A stretch of DNA of 64,000 nucleotides from the human T2T-CHM13v2.0 reference genome, Homo sapiens. This document shows, one piece after another, positions 44,101 to 61,735 of this stretch. The number at the start of each line of letters is the position of its first letter. Positions within the stretch are counted from its first letter, which is position 1. Under the pieces are notes generated by a model, which was not told the DNA's origin, searched no databases, and saw only the letters and a list, made by a program, of their open reading frames with translations. A program made the position numbers and the translations under genes. Location: assembly GCF_009914755.1 (NCBI RefSeq), contig NC_060931.1, one strand, 5' to 3'.

Positions 44101-47100
44101 AACAATAACTGAGATGTAATCCTAAATTTAATTTGGAAAGTTATATCATGATTTTAGGAGACTGTGAACATAAAATGTGTGAGTGGAAAATTAAGATTTC
44201 ATATGGCTTTTTTCAGCTGGTTGATTAAGTCCTATATAGTTCATTGTCCTAAAGATGAAATTTATATAAGGTTTTGGAAGGCAGGATTTGTATATTAAAA
44301 GTGCATGTTTCCAAGGTGGTACAAACTGTTTTTAACAATCTATCATCTTTCATTTACCAAGGGAACTATGTAAAAAGAAAAGGAAAATGTTAAGTAGAAA
44401 CAAAATGTTGAGATGATGATAAGCTACAAGGAAAGAAAAAAGACTTTAGAAAGAATACTAAAAAGAAACTAGCTTTTTTTCCTCAACAATCTGTCTGAAT
44501 TCATTTTGCTTTCATTATATATCTAGCCCGGAGGCAAAGTATGTTGAGTATTACAACAAAGAGGGTGTTATAAGGAGGACTTTTTTTCAATAATAAAGTA
44601 TAACATATGTGTAAACCATGCAACCTTGTAACAGGAAACTTTATAATAAGGGAGGACTGTGCTTAGCTTTTCCACAATTTTGGAAGAATGAATTTTATTA
44701 GGTGTTAGACAAAGAAATTATCAACTGACTTTTATGCTGTAAGGTTGAAAGATTTGTTATGACCATTTCTAGACTTCAGCAGTGGTTTTAATGTGGGTCC
44801 TGATATATTAGGAACAGTGCCTAGCACTATTAATATGTCTACTGTTGCTAGTTCTCTAAAGGAATATGATGTTTAACTTTTGCCTTTCAATGAAAGATTA
44901 TTCAAAATTCTGTTATTCTGTGGTTTTCTCAGCAGTATTAGGCTATTCTTGAATTGATCAACACATAATATAATTTGGGAACCCAATCAATGGTTCTTTT
45001 CTTTTTGAAAGATGGCGACAAATTCTTTTTAAACTTGGGAAATTGGCTCCATCATTCATCCCTTATTCTTTCTTTGCTTCTCTTGCCCAACTTCCTGAAA
45101 ACCATATTGTTTTGATGTCAATATTTAGAATAGATTATCTGTTGGGGAATCAGTTTGTATTAATTATACTGGAATAAATGTAAGTTTGACAAATGATGTA
45201 GGTTAGTAGGTATTGGGCCTAATGGGTTACTCAGTTAATGAAGACACTAAAATTAGGGACCTCTAATATGCCTGAAACATATTTCCTGTAAATTTCCCCC
45301 AGTTTCAAGATTAACTGGCAATAGCTATGTTTTTCTGGCTTTTAAAGGCTAATATATCATGGTAGAGTTTTAGGATTTATATAGGGCTTATTATGGAATA
45401 GTTGAGCTCTTTGTATTTATCGCACAGTTATTGAAGCAAGCTAGAAGTGTAGAAGTCAGTCCTCAACTTTTTGGCTTTTCAGCAATCTATTTTTTTTTTA
45501 ATGTTATACTTACTCAGTCTCCTTTCCTCCTCCTCTCACTTCAAAACTTAAAAATGATTATACACCACACACATTTATTGGCAATTTTAAATGAAGGTGG
45601 GATAATTTAAAAAGACTCTTTAAATATGGTTCAATTCGCTGCAGGGCTGCTAGAAAAATAAGGATGAAGTTTTTAGGCAACGAGATCTTAGAAGGAGAGG
45701 GATGTTAGAAGTATGTTAGCAAGATACAGTATATTGTTATACATTTAAAAATAAACCATTTATTTTAAGCCTTGCAAGAGCCCAGAAACATTCAAAATAA
45801 CTTTTAACCATGCGTAGTTAATTTGATAAAAATAAAAAGTCAAATAGTACAAAGCATATGAAGGCCTCACTCTCCCCATTATTCTCCCTACTCTCTAATA
45901 TGAGTCACTGATGCCTTTATTTTTTCTGATGGTTCACTCCTTATCTCTAGATTGTGTGATCACACCCTATTTTTGGATTTATCCTATTTAGATTTTGATG
46001 TACCACAGTGGTAGAAGTTTTGATTATTGACACTTCCTTTTTCTTATCCTCCTTCCAATTATATCACTGTTTTCATTTCTGTTGCTGGTCACCTGTGCAC
46101 GTTCAAACAGTATACTTAATTTCTATTTCTTGTTCTACCAACTTTCAGCTCCTTGATTCTACATTTTATAAAATGAAGACATTGGCTATCTTTATCATTA
46201 CTGTTATTTCTCTCTGATTTAAGTCTCTCAACCTCTATCCGCTCTACCTTTATTCTTACATTGTCCAAGTTGATAATGTTTACATGCTGGTCTGTAACTA
46301 TAACTTAAATCTTCCATGACTTCTCATGATTCTAAAAGTTAAACACATACTTTGTTTGAATTATGTAAATATTACTCATTGTAGAGTACTAAGATCACAG
46401 AAGTCCAGTGTCCTTTTATGAATCCAATGTCCTGTGCTACTCAAAGGAAAATGATCTTAGTGGATTTTTAAAACACACATATTTATTTATATTGCCTTAC
46501 AATTCCTGAAGGTTTTCCTGGCTTTCACTCATATTATTGAATCTGTCAGTTTTTTTCTAGTTCCTGGAGACCTTCCTGTTATCTAGAGACAAGGAATCCC
46601 CCCCAACACCCAATTTTCTTCCTTTTAATGATCTCATTTTGTTCTGGAGTAATTTTGTTTTGCTCTTTTGTTTTTCTTGGGCTTTTCTTATAGCAGGTTT
46701 TCCTCACATTTCTGGTCATCAGTTTTTATTTGAGGATGAATCAGTAGAAAAATTGAGCACTGTGAAAGTGGGTTGGATTTTTGAACAGCTGGCTTAGCTT
46801 TATTGGCTATCAATTTCTATTTGACAGCCATACAATAAAGGCTGACTGTAAGCTGTATGTCCCTGGAGACAGGGGCCTGGGTTTGTCAACTGGTGGGCTT
46901 TACTTTTACTTTAGGACAGTTAGGGGATAACTGGCTGTTTTATTGGGGACTCAAATAGCAGTAGTTGTATGTCTTTTCTCCTGAGGTTGTTTTCTTACTC
47001 TAGAGGTTTTTTTCACTCCTATTTGGGGACCATGGGCATAATGTATTCTGGACCTGGGTGGGGAAGGAGGTTTTGGGTTGACTATCAGGATGAAGACTTT

Positions 47101-47262
47101 TTCTTCATGTATTTTCAGGTGTCTGCCCCATTCCCATGCTCTTCTATGCCTGGTGTCCCCCTAATCTGGAGTTCCTTGTTTAGTTCACCCTCTTCAGAAT
47201 ATGTGCTTTCTGTTTCCTATGGAGGAAGGATCCTGGGTATCTGTTTATTTCCATAGACTTTT

Positions 47263-47335
47263 TATTTTTATTGTTAATTTTTTTTTCTTTCCGTTATTAT
47301 TCCAATTTTAGTATATGTGCTGCCAAAGCGAGCAC
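47263..47335 (-). pseudogene. U6 snRNA retrocopy (nt ~1-41 plus A-rich tail)
   Basis: Reverse complement GTGCTCGCTTTGGCAGCACATATACTAAAATTGGAATAATA; TSD TTCCATAGACTTTT at 47249-47262 and 47339-47352. Confidence 0.93.
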
Positions 47336-48345
47336 AAATTCCATAGACTTTTAAACAGCTCCTCTGTTTTCAGATCCTACGTCATCCCACTTTCTGTGGT
47401 ACCTAGTGCTTTTACTTCCCGAGACTTTTCAGAATTCTGTGGGGTGAATCAGTATATTTCTCTCTAAGCATTCAAAGTTGACCTCACTCTACTCTTCGGT
47501 ATCATTTACCTCTTCTTGTTCACTTTCCATTTTCACAGATTGTGGGTAGGCTTACCACAGGTCTGATTTCTTTGAAGAAGCTCATGTTTGTTTCTTTTAT
47601 CCTTGTTGTTTGGGGGCATTTTTTTTTTATTTGAGAGAAGGGGACATAGAGTCTTTAATTCACCACCTTAAAGCAGGAAGTCGTGTCTGCTCTTTTGATG
47701 TAATGTTTCTAGAAAATATTAGAGAAAAACTTGTCCCAGAGTCACTAGTCAGGTAAAAGAATATGTGATTGGCTTTCTCCAAAGGCTCTTATTTTCTGTC
47801 CTGTGTGAAAAAGGAAAGGGGGTCAGAATGGTTGCCAGGTCATGATTACAGAAGCTCGGCTGTAAGTGATGGATGAAAAGCTTGGTTGTCTGCCTCCATA
47901 GTTGAGTGAGTTATTTCACTTCTGGGACCCAGTGAATGTTCAGACAGTTGAGTAATCCCACATTTGGGTATGTGGTAGGCATCAGGGTGAGTAATATATG
48001 AGAACTTGGCATAATAATTGGGAATTATAAGGAGAGTGGCAATGTTCGATAGGGCTCTGTCTCAATTTCCTACAATTTCATTTTCATTGCTGTCAATAGT
48101 ATTGGTTTTGCTCAGAGAATGGGGGCATTCTTAACTTTGGCAGATGCTAGGATTATTATCATTCTAGTATTATTTTTGGAAGAAGAGGAGATAAAAACTG
48201 TGCTTGCCCATGAACTTCTTCTATATGAGCATTTTAACCAGTGTTTGTTAGAGATGTTAATAATCTCAGGCTCCAATTTTCTATCTCCAGTTAGGAAGCC
48301 TGGTTTATCTTGTGACAGAATATGAGCCATTTACTATTATACATG

Positions 48346-48734
48346 TGTGTTAGTCCATTCTCACATTGCTATAAAGAACTACCCAAGATTGGGTAATTTA
48401 TAAAGAAAAGAGGTTTAATTGGCTCAGGGTTCTGCAGGGTACAGGAAGCATGGCTGGGTAGGCCTCAGGAAACTTACAGTCATAGTTGAGGGTGAAGGGG
48501 AAGCAGGCACGTCTTACATGGTTGGATAAGGAGGATGAGAGAGAAGGGAGAGGTGCTGTACACACTTTTAAACAACCAGATCTCATGAGAACTCACTCAT
48601 TTTCATGAAAGCAGCAAGGGGGAGGTCTGCCCCCATGATCCAGTTACCTCCCACCAGGCACCTCCTCCAACATTGGGGATTACAATTCAACATGAGATTT
48701 GTGGTGGGGGGGAACACAAGTCCAAACCATATCA
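48346..48734 (-). mobile_element. MSTA-type MaLR solo LTR
   Basis: tgtgttagtccattctcacattgctataaag...ccaaaccatatca; TSD ACATG. Confidence 0.9.
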
Positions 48735-49150
48735 ACATGGCTCTCCTGTTATCATCCAAAACTTAACTTACCTGGAGAAAGAATCAGCATCTGAGATAAT
48801 GTCTATAAAGTACTCAGTCCCATGCTTGGTTTCCCTTACCCATTGTCAACCTCCAGCTTAGTAACTCCAGTGGAAAACAAGGGGCTCCCCCAATAACTCT
48901 GACCAACAAGGATTTGCCAAGGGCTCCAAGTGGCCCAGCTTGGGTCATATGCTAATTCTGGAGCCCACCACTAGTGTCAGAGGATGGTATACTCTGTGGG
49001 CCCACATCTTGGTTAAGTCCTCAGCTGCTTGGTAGGTGGTAGGGGTTGATAAGGTAGTTAGTCTTATTTGAATCACACAGAATTTGGGAATACATGCTGG
49101 CTGATAAAAACTACACGTTTGCTATAGAGAGAAGAGACAAAACTCTACAA

Positions 49151-49540
49151 TAGTGGTTCTCAAACTTTAGTGTCTACCAGAATCACCTGGGAGGCTTATT
49201 GAAACACAGATTGCTGGGCCCCATTCTCAGAGTTTCTGATTCAGTAGGAGTGGCATGAGGCCCCAGAGTTAGCATTTCTAACAGGTTTCCAGGTGATGCC
49301 AATACTACTGGCGTGGGGAACCACACTTTGAGAACCCTGCTCTCTAGAACAGTGGTTCTTACATTTTAGTGTACAGAGACTTTTCTGGGCTTACTAAAAG
49401 TGTTGTTTCTGAGGCCTCACTTCCAGAAATTCAGATTTGGGAAGTTTGGGGTACAGCTCAGGAATGTGCATTTTTAATGTACCCTAGATAATTCTCATAT
49501 AGGAGCCACAGGAGTTCAGCAGACTATGGTATGATAAATG
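49151..49540. mobile_element. Two tandem MER5-type elements (MER5A at 49151-49339, a more diverged copy from ~49350)
   Basis: agtggttctcaaacttt...cacactttgagaacc inverted ends; the second copy starts cagtggttctt. Confidence 0.8.
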
Positions 49541-49562
49541 CTGCTCTGTAGGTTGCATGTAA

Positions 49563-52290
<2,728 letters not shown>

Positions 52291-52379
52291 AAAAATTTAC
52301 ATTATTATGACACTAGTTGTTACTGATAGCTAAGACATTATTATATTTCCTTTCTTTTTCTCTGAGGTTAAAAATAAGA

Positions 52380-54230
<1,851 letters not shown>

Positions 54231-54708
54231 AACAAACCTCTGTCTCTGTTTTCTTTTTCTAGCAAATTCCTCTAAGTATTCGTGTTCCCAGAGGCTGCTA
54301 CTTCCAGTGCTGCACCCTTTCAAATTCCTTCTCTGTAGCCAGAGCTTTGAACTTGTAGATCCAACCCATGTTGAGAATTTTTGCATTTATTGTTTCACCT
54401 TTTCCTTCTGGGGTGGTTGGGTCTGTGCCTTCCATAAGTCCTTTGCTTTCTTCTGTTCTTTTTCACAGAATCTTATAAGCCTTTCTTTCCTCACTTTCAA
54501 TACCCTGAAGTTTGTGGTAGTAGCAGTGGGCTGATGGTAGAAGTGCCATGGAATTTGTTTCTTTTTTCTTCTACATATGGTGAAGGCAGCAAATGTTCTT
54601 TCTCCTAGTAATGCAGAAAGTATGGATTCAGTGTGGTTTTATGTTTTTTCTAGGAGGGTAGGGGGAAGTGGGTGACCACTATTATTTTCTGAATTCAGGA
54701 AAATTCTG

Positions 54709-57700
54709 TTTTTTTTTTAATTTTTAATTTTTGTGGGCACATAGTAGGATATATATTTATGGGGTACATGAGATATTTTGATATATGCATACAATGCATA
54801 ATCATATCAGGGTAAATGGAGTATCCTCACCTCAAGCATTTATCCTTTGTATTACAAACGATCCAATTAGACTCTTTTAGTTATTTAAAAATGTACAATT
54901 AAATTATTACTGACTATAGTCATCCTATTATGCTATCAAATATTAGATCTTATTTATTCTTTCTATTTTTTTGGACATTTAGCCATTTCTACCTCCCCAT
55001 CCCCCAACTACCCTTCTCAGACTTTGGTAATCATCTTTCTTTATCTCCGTGAGTTTAATTGTTTTAATTTTTAGCCTCCACAAATAAGTGAGAACATGTG
55101 AAGTTTGTCTTTCTGTGACTGGCTTATTTCACCTAACATAATGACCTTCAGTTACATTCATGTTGTTGCAAATGACAGGATCTCATTCTTTTTATGGCTG
55201 AATAGTATTCCATTGTATATATGTAACCACATTTTCTTTATCCATTTGTCTGTTGATGGAAGCTTAGGTTGCTTCTAAATCTTGGCTATTGTGAACAGTG
55301 CTGCAAGAAACATAGGAGTGCAGATATCTCTTTGATATACTGATTTTCGTTCTTTTGGGTGTGTAACTGGGAGTGGGATTGCTGGGTCATATGGTAGCTC
55401 TATTTTTGATTTTTTGTGGAACTTCCTCACTGTTCTTCACAGTGATTGTACTAATTATTCCCATCAATAGTGTTAGAAGGTTCCCTTTTCTCCACTTTCT
55501 CAGCAGCATTTGTCACAGTTCAATGTTGGTAGGTTGTATGTGTCTAGGAATTTATCCATTTCTTCTAGGTTTTCCAATTTATTGGCATATAGTTGCTCAT
55601 AGTACCTCCTAAGGATCCTTTTAATTTATGCATTGTCTGTTGTAAAGTCTCCTTTTTCCTCTCTGATTTTATTTATTTAGGTCTTTTCTCTTTTTTTATT
55701 ACTTAGTCTGGCTAAAGGTTTGTCAATTTTATCTTTTTAAAAAACCAACTTTTTGTGTCATTGATCCTTTCTACTGTTTTGTTAATTTCAAATTCATTTA
55801 TATCTGCTCTAATCTTTATTATTTCTTTTCTTCTACTGATTTTTGGTTTGGTTTGCTCTTGCTTTTCTCGCACTTTAAGATGCATGATTAGGTTGTTTGT
55901 TTGCAGTTTTTATTCTTTTTTGATGTAGGCACTTATAGCTATAAAATTTCCTTTTAGTACTGCTTTCACTGTATTTCATAGGTTTCGGTACATTATGTTT
56001 CCATTTTCATTTGTTTCAAGAACTTTTTCAATTTCCTTCTTAATTTCTTCAGTGACACACTGATCATTCAGGAGCATATTGTTTAATTTCCATGTATTTG
56101 TATAGTTTCCAAAATTCATCTTGTTGTTAATTTGTTATTTTATTCCATTATGGTTAGAGGAGATGCTTGATATTATTTCAAGTTTTTTGAATGTTTAAAG
56201 AATCATTTTGTGACCTAACATATGGTCTGTCCTTGAGAATGATCCATATGCTGAGGAGAAGAATGTATATTCTGCAGCCTTTGGATGAGATGTTTTGTAA
56301 ATGTCTCCATTTGGTCTATAGTGCAGATTAAATCCAATATTTCTTGTTGAGTTCCTGTCTAGGAGATCTGTCCAATGCTGAAAGTGGGGTGTTGACATTT
56401 CTAGCTACTATTGTGTTGAGTTCTGTCTTTTTAGCTCTAGTGATATGTATTTTTTTCTTTTTTGAGACAGAGTCTCGCACTGTCACCCAGGCTGGAGTTC
56501 AGTGGCACAGTCTTGGCTCACTGCAACCTCGCCTCCCGGGTTCAAGCGAATTCTCCTGCCTCAGCATCCTGAGTGGCTGGGATTACAGGTGTGCGCCACC
56601 ATGCCTGGCTTATTTTTTGTATTTTTAGTAGAGACGTGGTTTCACCATGTTGATCAGGCTGGTCTTGAACTCCTCTGCCTCGGTCTCCCAAAGTGCTGGG
56701 ATTACAGGCATGAGCCACCGAGCCCAGCCAGCTCTAGTGATATTTGTTTTATATATCTGGGTGCTCCAGTGTTGAGTGTATAGATCATTATACCCTGTTG
56801 CTGGATTGACTCCTGTATCATTGTATGATGACCTTCTTTGTCTCTTATTACAGTTTTTGTCTTGAATTATCTTTTGTTTTATATAAGTGTAGCTACTCTG
56901 GCTCTTCTTTTGATTTCCATTTGCATGGAATCTCTTTTTCTATCCCTTTGATTTCATTCTATGTGTATCTTTTTAGGTGAAGTGTGTTTCTTGTAGGCAA
57001 CAGATCATCGTGTCTTGTTTTTTCATGCATTCAGCCACTCTGTGTTTTAATTGGAGAGTTTAGTCCATTTACATTTAATGTTATTATTGATATGTAAGGA
57101 CTTACTCCTGCCATTTTGTTATTTTTTTCTGGTTGTTGTGTGGTCTTCTCTTCCTTCCTGTCTTCCTTTTAATGAAGGTGACTTTCTCTGGTGGTATGTT
57201 TTAATTTCTTGCTTTTTTGTGTGTGTGTATCTCTTGTATGTTTTTGATTTGAAGTTCCTGTGAGGCTTGCAAAGACTGTCTTATTACCCATTATTTTAAA
57301 TTGATGACAGTATAACCCTGATTGCATGAACAAAAAACAAACATGCAAAAGAAAACTCTACACTTTAACTTCATTCCCCTGCTTTTTTTTGTTTATTTTT
57401 GATTGTTATTATCCCCCTGCTTTTTAACTTTTGTTGTTTCTCTTTATGTCTTATTGTACTATGTCTTGAAAATTTTTTGTAATTATTATTTTTGATTGGT
57501 TCATCATTTAGTCTTTCTACTTAATGTAAGAGTAGTTTACCCATCATGACTATGGTTTTGTAATATTTCTGTGTCCTTACTATTGCCAATGTGTTTTGTA
57601 CCTTCAGGTGATTTATTCTTTCTCATTAACATCCTTTTCTTCCAGATTGAAGAACTTCTTTAGCATTTCTTGTAGGACAGTTCTGGTGTTGAGGAAATCT

Positions 57701-60531
57701 CTCATCTTTTGTTTCTCCTTCATGCTTAAAGGATATTTTTGCCAGACACACTATTGAAGGGTAAGGGTTTTTCTTTCCTTCAACACTTTAAATATTTTAT
57801 GCTACTCTCTCCTGGCCTGTAAGGTTTCCACTGAAAAGTCTGTTGCCACATGTATTAGAGCTCCACTGTATATTATTTGTTTCTTTTCTTTTGCTGCTTT
57901 TACGATTTTTTCTGTATCGTTGACCTTCAGGAGTTTGATTATTAGATGCCTTGAGAAAGTCTTAATTAGGTTAAATCAGCTTAGTGTTCTGTAACCTTCT
58001 TGTACTTGAATGTTGATATATTTCTCTAGGTTTGGGAAGTTCTCTGTTATTATCTCTTTGCATAACGTTTCTACCACCCCTCTCTACCTCCTCATCAAGG
58101 CAAATACCTCTTAGATTTGCCCCTTTGAGGCTATTTTTTAGATCTTGTAGACATGCTTCATTTTATTATTTTGTTTCCTTTGACCATGTATTTTCAAATA
58201 GGCTATCTTCAAGCTCACTAATTCTTTCTTCTGTTTGATCAATTCTACTATTAAGAGACTCTGATGCACTCTTTAGTATTTCAGTTGTATTTTTCAACTC
58301 CAGAATTTCTGCTTGATTCTTTTTAATTATGTCAATCTCTTTGTTACATTTATCTGATCGGATTCTGAATTCCTTCTCTGTGTTATGTTGAATTTCTTTG
58401 AATTTCCTCAACACATCTGTTTTGAATTCTCTGTCTCTGTTTCTCTGGGATTGGTCCTGGTGCCTTATTTAGTTTGTTTGGTGAGATCTTGTTTTCCTGG
58501 ATGGTCTTAATGCTTGTAGATGTTTGTCAGTGTCTGGGCATTGAAGAGTTAGGTATTTATTGTAGTCTTTGCAGTCTGGGCTTGTTTGTGCCTGTCCTTG
58601 AGAAGGCTTTCAGGTATTCAGAGGGACTTCAGCTCCAAGCACAATATCGCTGTGGTTTCTGCAGGCTGGTAGAGGTACGGCCTTGGTAGCCTTCGATAAT
58701 ATCTGGAGGAATTCTCTGGAATACGAGGCAGAGACTCATATTCTTTTCCCTTACTTTCTCTCAATTGAACGTAGTCTCTCTCTCTCTGTGCTGAGCCACC
58801 TGGAACTAGGCATTTGGTGATGCAAGCAGTCTTGTGGCCACCAACACTGGGGACTGTGTTGGGTCAGCCCTGAAGCCAGTGTAGTACTGGGTGTCACCCA
58901 AGGCCTGCTGTAACCACTACCTGGCTACCTCCTATGTTCACTCAAGGCCCTAGAGTTCTCCGATCAGCAGGTGCTGATGCCAGCCAGGTTTGTGCCCTTC
59001 CCTTCAGGATGGCAAGAGCCCCCAGGTCCCAGGCAGGGACAGAGATTTTAGAAATTTGCCTGATGTTCAATTCTACTGCGGCTAAGCTGGCACTCAAACC
59101 ACAAGACAAAGTCCTTCCTGCTCTTCCCCCATCTTTCCACAGGTAGAGGAGCCTCTTCCTGTGGGCACCACTACCACTGGCCCACAGAAGTGTTCTGGCA
59201 GGCCACTGACCATGTTCACTTAAAGTCCAAGGTCTCTTCAGACAGCTGTGGTAAATGCTGCCAGGCCTGGGACTCACCCTTCAGGGCAGTGGGCTCCCAT
59301 CTGGCCCAGGGCAGGTCCAGAAATAGTGTCCAAGAGCCTAAGCCTGGACTTGGAGACCCCAGGAGCCTGCTTGTTGCTCTACCTCAGTGTGGCCAAGCTG
59401 GTACCTAAGGTGCAAGGCAAAGTCTCTTTTACTTTTCCCTCTGCATTTCTCAAACAGAAAGAGTGTTTCAGCATAGCCACCACAGCTGGGAATGTGCTGG
59501 GTCACATGTGTCATTAGCATGTCTCAGAGCCCAGGGCACACTGTGTACTACCTGGGTATTGCTGCCGGTTATTCAGGGCTCAGGGGCTCTTTTATCAGCA
59601 TGTAATGAATCCTGCTAAGACTGGATCTTTCCTTTCAAGGCAGTAGGTTGCCTTTTGGTCCAGGGTGTGTCTAGAAATGTCATTTGGGAGCTAGGTCCTG
59701 GAATGGGGGCCTCATGACACTGCCTGGTGCCCTATCCTGCAGTGGCTAAGGTGGTATCCAGGATGCAAGACAAAGTTCTCTTTACTCCTCGTTCTCTTCT
59801 CCTTAAGCAGAGGATGGAGTCACTTTCATTGCTGTAAGCTGCACTGTCTAGGGTTGGGGTAGGGGTGACACAGCCACTCCCCTAGCCACCCCGGATTGTG
59901 TCTCCCTAGCTCAAGTGCCACTCTAGTCCTCTGGCTCTGAACCCAGCTTAGCACTAGGAGTTGCCTAGGAATTGCATACCTGTGTCCTAAACTGCTTTTC
60001 ATGTGTACCTAGGATCCGAGAGCACTTTGGTTCATGATGGCGAGGCCTGTTGAGAAATTCAAGTTCCTACCATTGGGATGGGCGATTCCCCTCTGGCTAC
60101 GTCTGGTCCAGGTGCTCCCTCCTTGCATGAGTGCTGGCTTAGCCCACCATGGCTTTACTCTCTGTTATATCAGGGCAGCACTGAGTTCAATGTAAAGTCC
60201 TCAAGTCACTGTGCTGTCCCTCCATGAAGTGCACAGACTCTACACTGGGGTATGAGGGAGGGGAGGCATCTGTGATTCAAGACTGTGTCTCCGACCCTCT
60301 TCAGTGACATGAAGTTACTGTAGTTGGTCATCTGATTTTTGGTTATACTGTGATATGAAGTTAAAACTAGTTAAACTTCAGTGATATGGAGTTAAAACTA
60401 CTACTTTGCTTGCTCATCTGATTTTGTGTCAGTCCTTTTTCATGGGCAGATAGGTGTTAAAATTTGGTGTTCCTGCCAGGAGGATGAAGCCTGCCTGTAG
60501 GCTTCTAATCTGCCATCTTGCTCTGCCCTCC
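54709..60531 (-). mobile_element. Old L1MA-type LINE-1 with both ends and a large internal ORF2 deletion
   Basis: L1MA 3'UTR at 54709; jump at ~55513; EN and ORF1 remnants (58166-58414 coiled-coil); 5' terminus GGAGGGCAGAGCAAGATGGC on -. Confidence 0.85.
56450..56729 (-). mobile_element. AluS inside L1MA
   Basis: TSD agctctagtgatat; small left-arm deletion. Confidence 0.93.
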
Positions 60532-60537
60532 TAAGAC

Positions 60538-61735
60538 TTAATTTAACCAAATAAATGAAAGATCTTTACAATGAAAACTATAAAACACTGATGAGAAAAA
60601 TTAAAGAGGCCACACACACAAAACAGAAAGATATTCCATGCTTATAGATGGGGATAACATTGCTAAAATATCAATACCACTCAAAGCAGTCTATAAACTT
60701 AGTTCAATCCCTGTCAAAATACTGATATTATTCTTCGTGGAGATAGAAAAAACAAAATTTATATGGAACTACAAAAGACTCCAAATAGCCAAAGCATCCC
60801 TAATAAAAAGAACACAGCTGGGCCTGGCGCAGTGGCTCACGCCTGTAATCCCAGCACTTTGGGAGGCCAAGGCGGGCGATCACGAGGTCAGGAGATCGAG
60901 GCCATCCTGGCTAACATGGTGAAACCCTGTCTCTACTAAAAATACAAAAAATTAGCTGGGCATGGTGGCGGGTACCTGTAGTCCCAGCTACTCGGGAGGC
61001 TGAGGCAGGAGAATGGTGTGAACCCGAGAGGCAGAGCTTGCAGTGAGCTGAGTGCAGTGCCACTGCACTCCAGCCTGGGCAACAGAGCGAGACTCCGTCT
61101 CAGAAAAGAAAAGAACACAGCTGGAGGCATCGCACTACTTGACTTCAAAATATATGACAAAGCTATAGTATACAAATCAGCATAGTACTGGCATAAAAAA
61201 CAGACACATAGACCAGTGGAACAGAGTATAGAAACCCAGATATAAATCTGTATGTTTACTGTCAACTCATTTTTGACAAAGATGCCAAGAATATACAATG
61301 AGGAAACAGTCTCTTCAATAAATGCTGCTGGGAAAATTGAGTAACAATATGCAGAAGAATGAAACTAGACTCCTGTCTCTTGCAATATATGATATTCAAA
61401 TCAAAATGGATTAAGAACTTAATTAAGACCTGAAAATAGATTAAGACCTGAAACTATGAAACTACTAAAAGAAAACACTGGAGAAACATTTTGGGAGATT
61501 GGTCTGGGCAGAAATGCACACACACACATAGACACACACAGACACACAGAGACACACACACACACAGGAATATTATTCAGCCATAAAAATGAAATCCCGG
61601 CATTTGCAGCTATTTGAATGGAACTGGGAGTCCTTGTTTTAAGTGAAATAAGCCAAGCACTGAAGGACAAATATTACATATTCTCCCTTACATGCGGGAG
61701 CTAAAAAAGTAGATCTCATGATGACAGAGAAGCTG
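60538..61735 (+). mobile_element. L1MA-type ORF2/3' fragment
   Basis: aaagatctttacaatgaaaactataaaacactgatg...; (CA)n-like repeat at 61517-61566 at an internal jump. Confidence 0.8.
60821..61108 (+). mobile_element. AluY inside L1
   Basis: TSD aaaagaacacagctg. Confidence 0.93.

Noticed and set aside
55490-55540. Spliced L1 explaining the ORF2 gap in the L1MA
   Set aside because: The junction does not correspond to evident GT/AG boundaries; simple deletion is more likely.
60538-61735. Inverted missing piece of the adjacent minus-strand L1MA
   Set aside because: It includes 3' ORF2 sequence also present in the minus element (~55200), lies beyond that element's 5' end and shares no TSD, so it is treated as a separate insertion.
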